Assembly: GCF_003668935.1 (NCBI RefSeq)
Contig: NZ_RAWP01000027.1
Location: forward strand, 81,555-97,656
DNA from: Corallococcus sp. AB032C
Lineage (GTDB): Bacteria; Myxococcota; Myxococcia; Myxococcales; Myxococcaceae
Length of the DNA: 16,102 bases
Reading direction: 5' to 3'
Shown piece by piece: positions 14,035-16,102 of the stretch (position 1 is the stretch's first letter; every line of letters begins with the position of its first letter). The position numbers were made by a program, and so were the translations under genes. Below the pieces are notes generated by a model. That model saw only the letters and a list, made by a program, of their open reading frames with translations, made no database searches and was not told where the DNA came from.

Positions 14035-15440
14035 AGGCAGAAGAAAGAGTCAGCGAAGACCAGCTCATGTGTGCCCCACAAAAGGGCATCGACGCGGTCA
14101 TCGCGGCGGCCGTTGATGCCGCTGAATTTGGCGAGCTGCGCCTCCAGCTTCGGGAAGCTGCCCACCAGCTCGATGCGCCCGGTCTCCGCCAGGGCGCTCA
14201 CCGGCTCGGCGCGCTTCGACTTCGCCTCCCGAGCACGCACCGGCTTCACGTTGACGTGGACGCCCATCTCCGAGGCCACCGTCTGGATGGTCGTCTCCAC
14301 CATCTCCCCGCCTGAGTTCACCTCCGCAACCAGGGCGTCACAGCCGAAGGCCAGGTACTCTCGGATTGCGGCTGCGGCCCACTCACGCGGAGAGCCCCGG
14401 AAGCTTGCGTCCTTGAGCACCGACACGCGCTTGAGCGGCGCGCCATCCGTCCCGACAAGCGGACTGCTTCTCACGCCCTGGACCACAATGCCCGTCTCGT
14501 CCGAGCCCGTCTCGCTGGTGGGCGCTGGGTCCACGGACACGATGCGCCGGTCCAGGCCGCGCGCGTATTCGTGGGCATCCGCTTCCACCCTGCCCCACTT
14601 CGCCGAGCCAAAGATGGCGCCTGGCACGTCCATCAGCAGCCGGCCCAGGACCTCCTGCTGGCCCCAGCGCGTGTGCATGAGGGCGCGCATGGTGGCGACG
14701 GCGCTGGGCGCCAGGTTGGCGCGGTTGGCCAGCGACGAGCCCGTCCGCAGCACCACTCCCGGCCGCAGCGTCTTCGCTTCCGCATCCGCGAAGAGCAGCT
14801 CCTCCAGCTTCCGCAACGGCCTGGGTGTCCCGGTAAGCAGCAACTGAGGCGGGTGCGCGACGGTGCCGATGCGCAGCACCATGGGGAGCTGGTCCAAGGC
14901 CGCCATCTCATGCTTCCACGAGGCGGGCTCGTCGCCCCAAGCCCAGCCGCAGTTTGGGCCGCGCAGCCGGTCTGGCTTATCCGCCGAGTAGCAGATGGCA
15001 TAGACACCGTTGGGCCACGTCACCCGGCGCTTGCTGGGCTCGTAGACGGGCATGAACCAGGGCGGCGACAAGGCCAGGATGCCGCTGGTGCCACGGATCA
15101 TCGTGTCGCGCACGTCAGCCGCAGTGGGTCCGATGAGGGCACCGATGGACTTCGCTTCCCGGGCCTTCTGAATCACCCACCGGGCCCCGCTCCACGTCTT
15201 CCCGAAGCCCCTGCCAGCCATGATGAAGCAGGTGGAGAACGACGCCGGGGGCACCTGTTCTCGCCGCGCCCAGAAGTCCAGGTCGTGGACGAGCGTTTCC
15301 ACCTCGGGATGGGTCATCCGCCCGAAGAGGCGCGCGAGGCCCTGGCGGGTGCCGGCCTGGCGCACCATGAAGGCTGCTGGGGACTCGTCTGGGGCGAGTT
15401 GCTCCAGCATCCCCGCGAAGGGCAGGCGCTCACGGCGCAT
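14031..15440 (-). CDS. terL: Terminase large subunit, 469 aa.
   Basis: ATG at 15440. The Walker A motif FIMAGRGFGKT is present, with an acidic Walker B-like WAWGDE. The C-terminal RNase-H-like nuclease domain shows Asp motifs (RIVSVDPA…SDETGIVV…GRRDDRVDALLWG). It sits between terS and portal. Confidence 0.9.
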   Translation of the reverse strand: MRRERLPFAGMLEQLAPDESPAAFMVRQAGTRQGLARLFGRMTHPEVETLVHDLDFWARREQVPPASFSTCFIMAGRGFGKTWSGARWVIQKAREAKSIGALIGPTAADVRDTMIRGTSGILALSPPWFMPVYEPSKRRVTWPNGVYAICYSADKPDRLRGPNCGWAWGDEPASWKHEMAALDQLPMVLRIGTVAHPPQLLLTGTPRPLRKLEELLFADAEAKTLRPGVVLRTGSSLANRANLAPSAVATMRALMHTRWGQQEVLGRLLMDVPGAIFGSAKWGRVEADAHEYARGLDRRIVSVDPAPTSETGSDETGIVVQGVRSSPLVGTDGAPLKRVSVLKDASFRGSPREWAAAAIREYLAFGCDALVAEVNSGGEMVETTIQTVASEMGVHVNVKPVRAREAKSKRAEPVSALAETGRIELVGSFPKLEAQLAKFSGINGRRDDRVDALLWGTHELVFADSFFCL

Positions 15441-15885
15441 CGTCGCCCCCGCTGCTGCTGGCCCCCGCCGTCGCTTCGGGAGCGTCCGGCAGCAGGCGGC
15501 CCAGCCGGTCCATCAGCAACTCGCGCAGCGCGCGCTCGTCGGCGGCCTTGTCCTCGGGCGCCACCTCCGAGACGTTGTCCCGCCTCCCGTACAACTCCGG
15601 GAAGCGCCGCGACAGGAGCCACTGCACGTGCTTCGGGTTGTGCGCGGCAGCCGCCATCAGCATTTCCGTGGCGGACTGCATGAAGCGCGCTTCCGCAGCG
15701 CTCACCGCGAGGAAAAACTCGTGGAAGCGGCCCCGTTCCTCTCCCGCACCGCGATGAATCCAGCGCGAAAGCGTGTGCTCGTTCACGCCAACGAGGCCTG
15801 CCACTGCGCGACGGAAGAGGCCGCGCTCCAGGTGGCCGCAAATCTCGGCCTGAAGTTCAGGGGTTAGCTTTGAGGGAGGTGCCAT
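15430..15885 (-). CDS. terS: Terminase small subunit with an N-terminal helix-turn-helix (about 151 aa from the ATG at 15885; the track ORF extends to the GTG at 15939).
   Basis: The ATG at 15885 is preceded by the strong SD GAGGGAGGG. The HTH-like segment ELQAEICGHLERGLFRRAVAGLVGVNEHTLSRWIHRGA is present. The gene overlaps the terL start by 11 nt. It is the first gene of the packaging/head operon. Confidence 0.7.
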   Translation of the reverse strand: MAPPSKLTPELQAEICGHLERGLFRRAVAGLVGVNEHTLSRWIHRGAGEERGRFHEFFLAVSAAEARFMQSATEMLMAAAAHNPKHVQWLLSRRFPELYGRRDNVSEVAPEDKAADERALRELLMDRLGRLLPDAPEATAGASSSGGDDAP

Positions 15886-16007
15886 CCCTCCCTCAATGGG
15901 GGCGGGATGCGCGCAGGATTCGCTTTTCGCGCCGCACACATCGCGGCCCTGCCCATTTTTTGTTGAAGTTTTTCAAGCGTGGGGGCCCGCCGAGCAAGGC
16001 GGAAACG

Positions 16008-16021
16008 GGACGACCGTCCCA
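16008..16021. promoter_or_regulatory. Perfect 14-bp palindrome GGGACG-AC-CGTCCC upstream of terS, possibly a protein-binding site (pac/cos-adjacent or an operator).
   Basis: It is seen directly in the sequence. It lies about 120 nt upstream of the terS ATG, next to an AT-rich island (cattttttgttgaagtttttcaag) containing a TTGAA/TTCAA inverted repeat and a G7 run. Confidence 0.3.
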
Positions 16022-16102
16022 AATTCGGACCCGGGGGGGCCTCAAGCCATGTTCAACGTGACTGCAATCCGGGCAGAGCCGCCACGATGCGCTCGTGGCA
16101 GG

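Larger units (their letters stand above)
1..16102 (-). mobile_element. Phage or prophage structural (packaging, head, tail) module of an HK97-like siphovirus in a high-GC host. No integrase or att site is visible in the window.
   Basis: The gene order runs terS, terL, portal, protease, MCP, connector, head closure, neck, tail terminator, major tail, G/GT, TMP, Dit-position, Tal-position, all collinear on the minus strand. Neighbouring genes show stop/start overlaps typical of translational coupling. Confidence 0.85.

Noticed and set aside
14571-15867. Plus-strand ORFs (370 aa, 215 aa) antisense to terL and terS.
   Set aside because: These are the same GC-rich antisense artefact. The terL and terS assignments are supported by Walker A, nuclease and HTH motifs.
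1-16102. CRISPR arrays, tRNA or rRNA genes, an integrase or transposase.
   Set aside because: No regularly spaced repeats were seen, no cloverleaf-like GC-stem clusters, and no ORF with recombinase motifs. The window appears to be entirely a late-gene module plus two morons.

Overview
This 16.1 kb window is a high-GC tailed-phage (HK97-like siphovirus) morphogenesis module, and almost every gene is read on the minus strand. The flanking backbone is about 68-72% GC by eye, with GCC/CTG/CGC-biased codons. In transcription order (high to low coordinate) the genes are: terminase small subunit, terminase large subunit, portal, prohead protease, HK97-fold major capsid protein, a 144-aa unknown, a gp6-like head-tail connector, head closure, neck/tail-completion protein, tail-terminator-position protein, major tail protein, tail assembly chaperones G and GT (with a GGGAAAC -1 frameshift site), an 892-aa tape measure protein, a Dit-position protein and a partial Tal-position tail protein. 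Neighbouring genes are tightly coupled through ATGA, GTGA and TGATG stop/start overlaps. No integrase, att site, tRNA, rRNA or CRISPR array is visible. Two low-GC segments (about 45-52% GC by eye), each carrying a single plus-strand gene, interrupt this operon in the antisense orientation and look like morons. (1) Coordinates about 5664-8085 hold a 733-aa KAP-family P-loop NTPase, the family of the F-plasmid T7-exclusion protein PifA. It sits between the tail-completion and tail-terminator genes and has a perfect TATAAT upstream. (2) Coordinates about 11805-12750 hold a SlyB-like lipoprotein with a glycine-zipper membrane segment and a four-Cys C-terminal domain. It sits between the portal and protease genes. 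I read these as candidate prophage-encoded phage-exclusion functions: a KAP NTPase abortive-infection candidate and a lipoprotein superinfection-exclusion candidate. The KAP gene is the most interesting element in the window. Gene coordinates follow the supplied ORF track, which accepts ATG, GTG and TTG as starts and shows each as M. My hand-indexed motif coordinates may be off by 1-2 nt.
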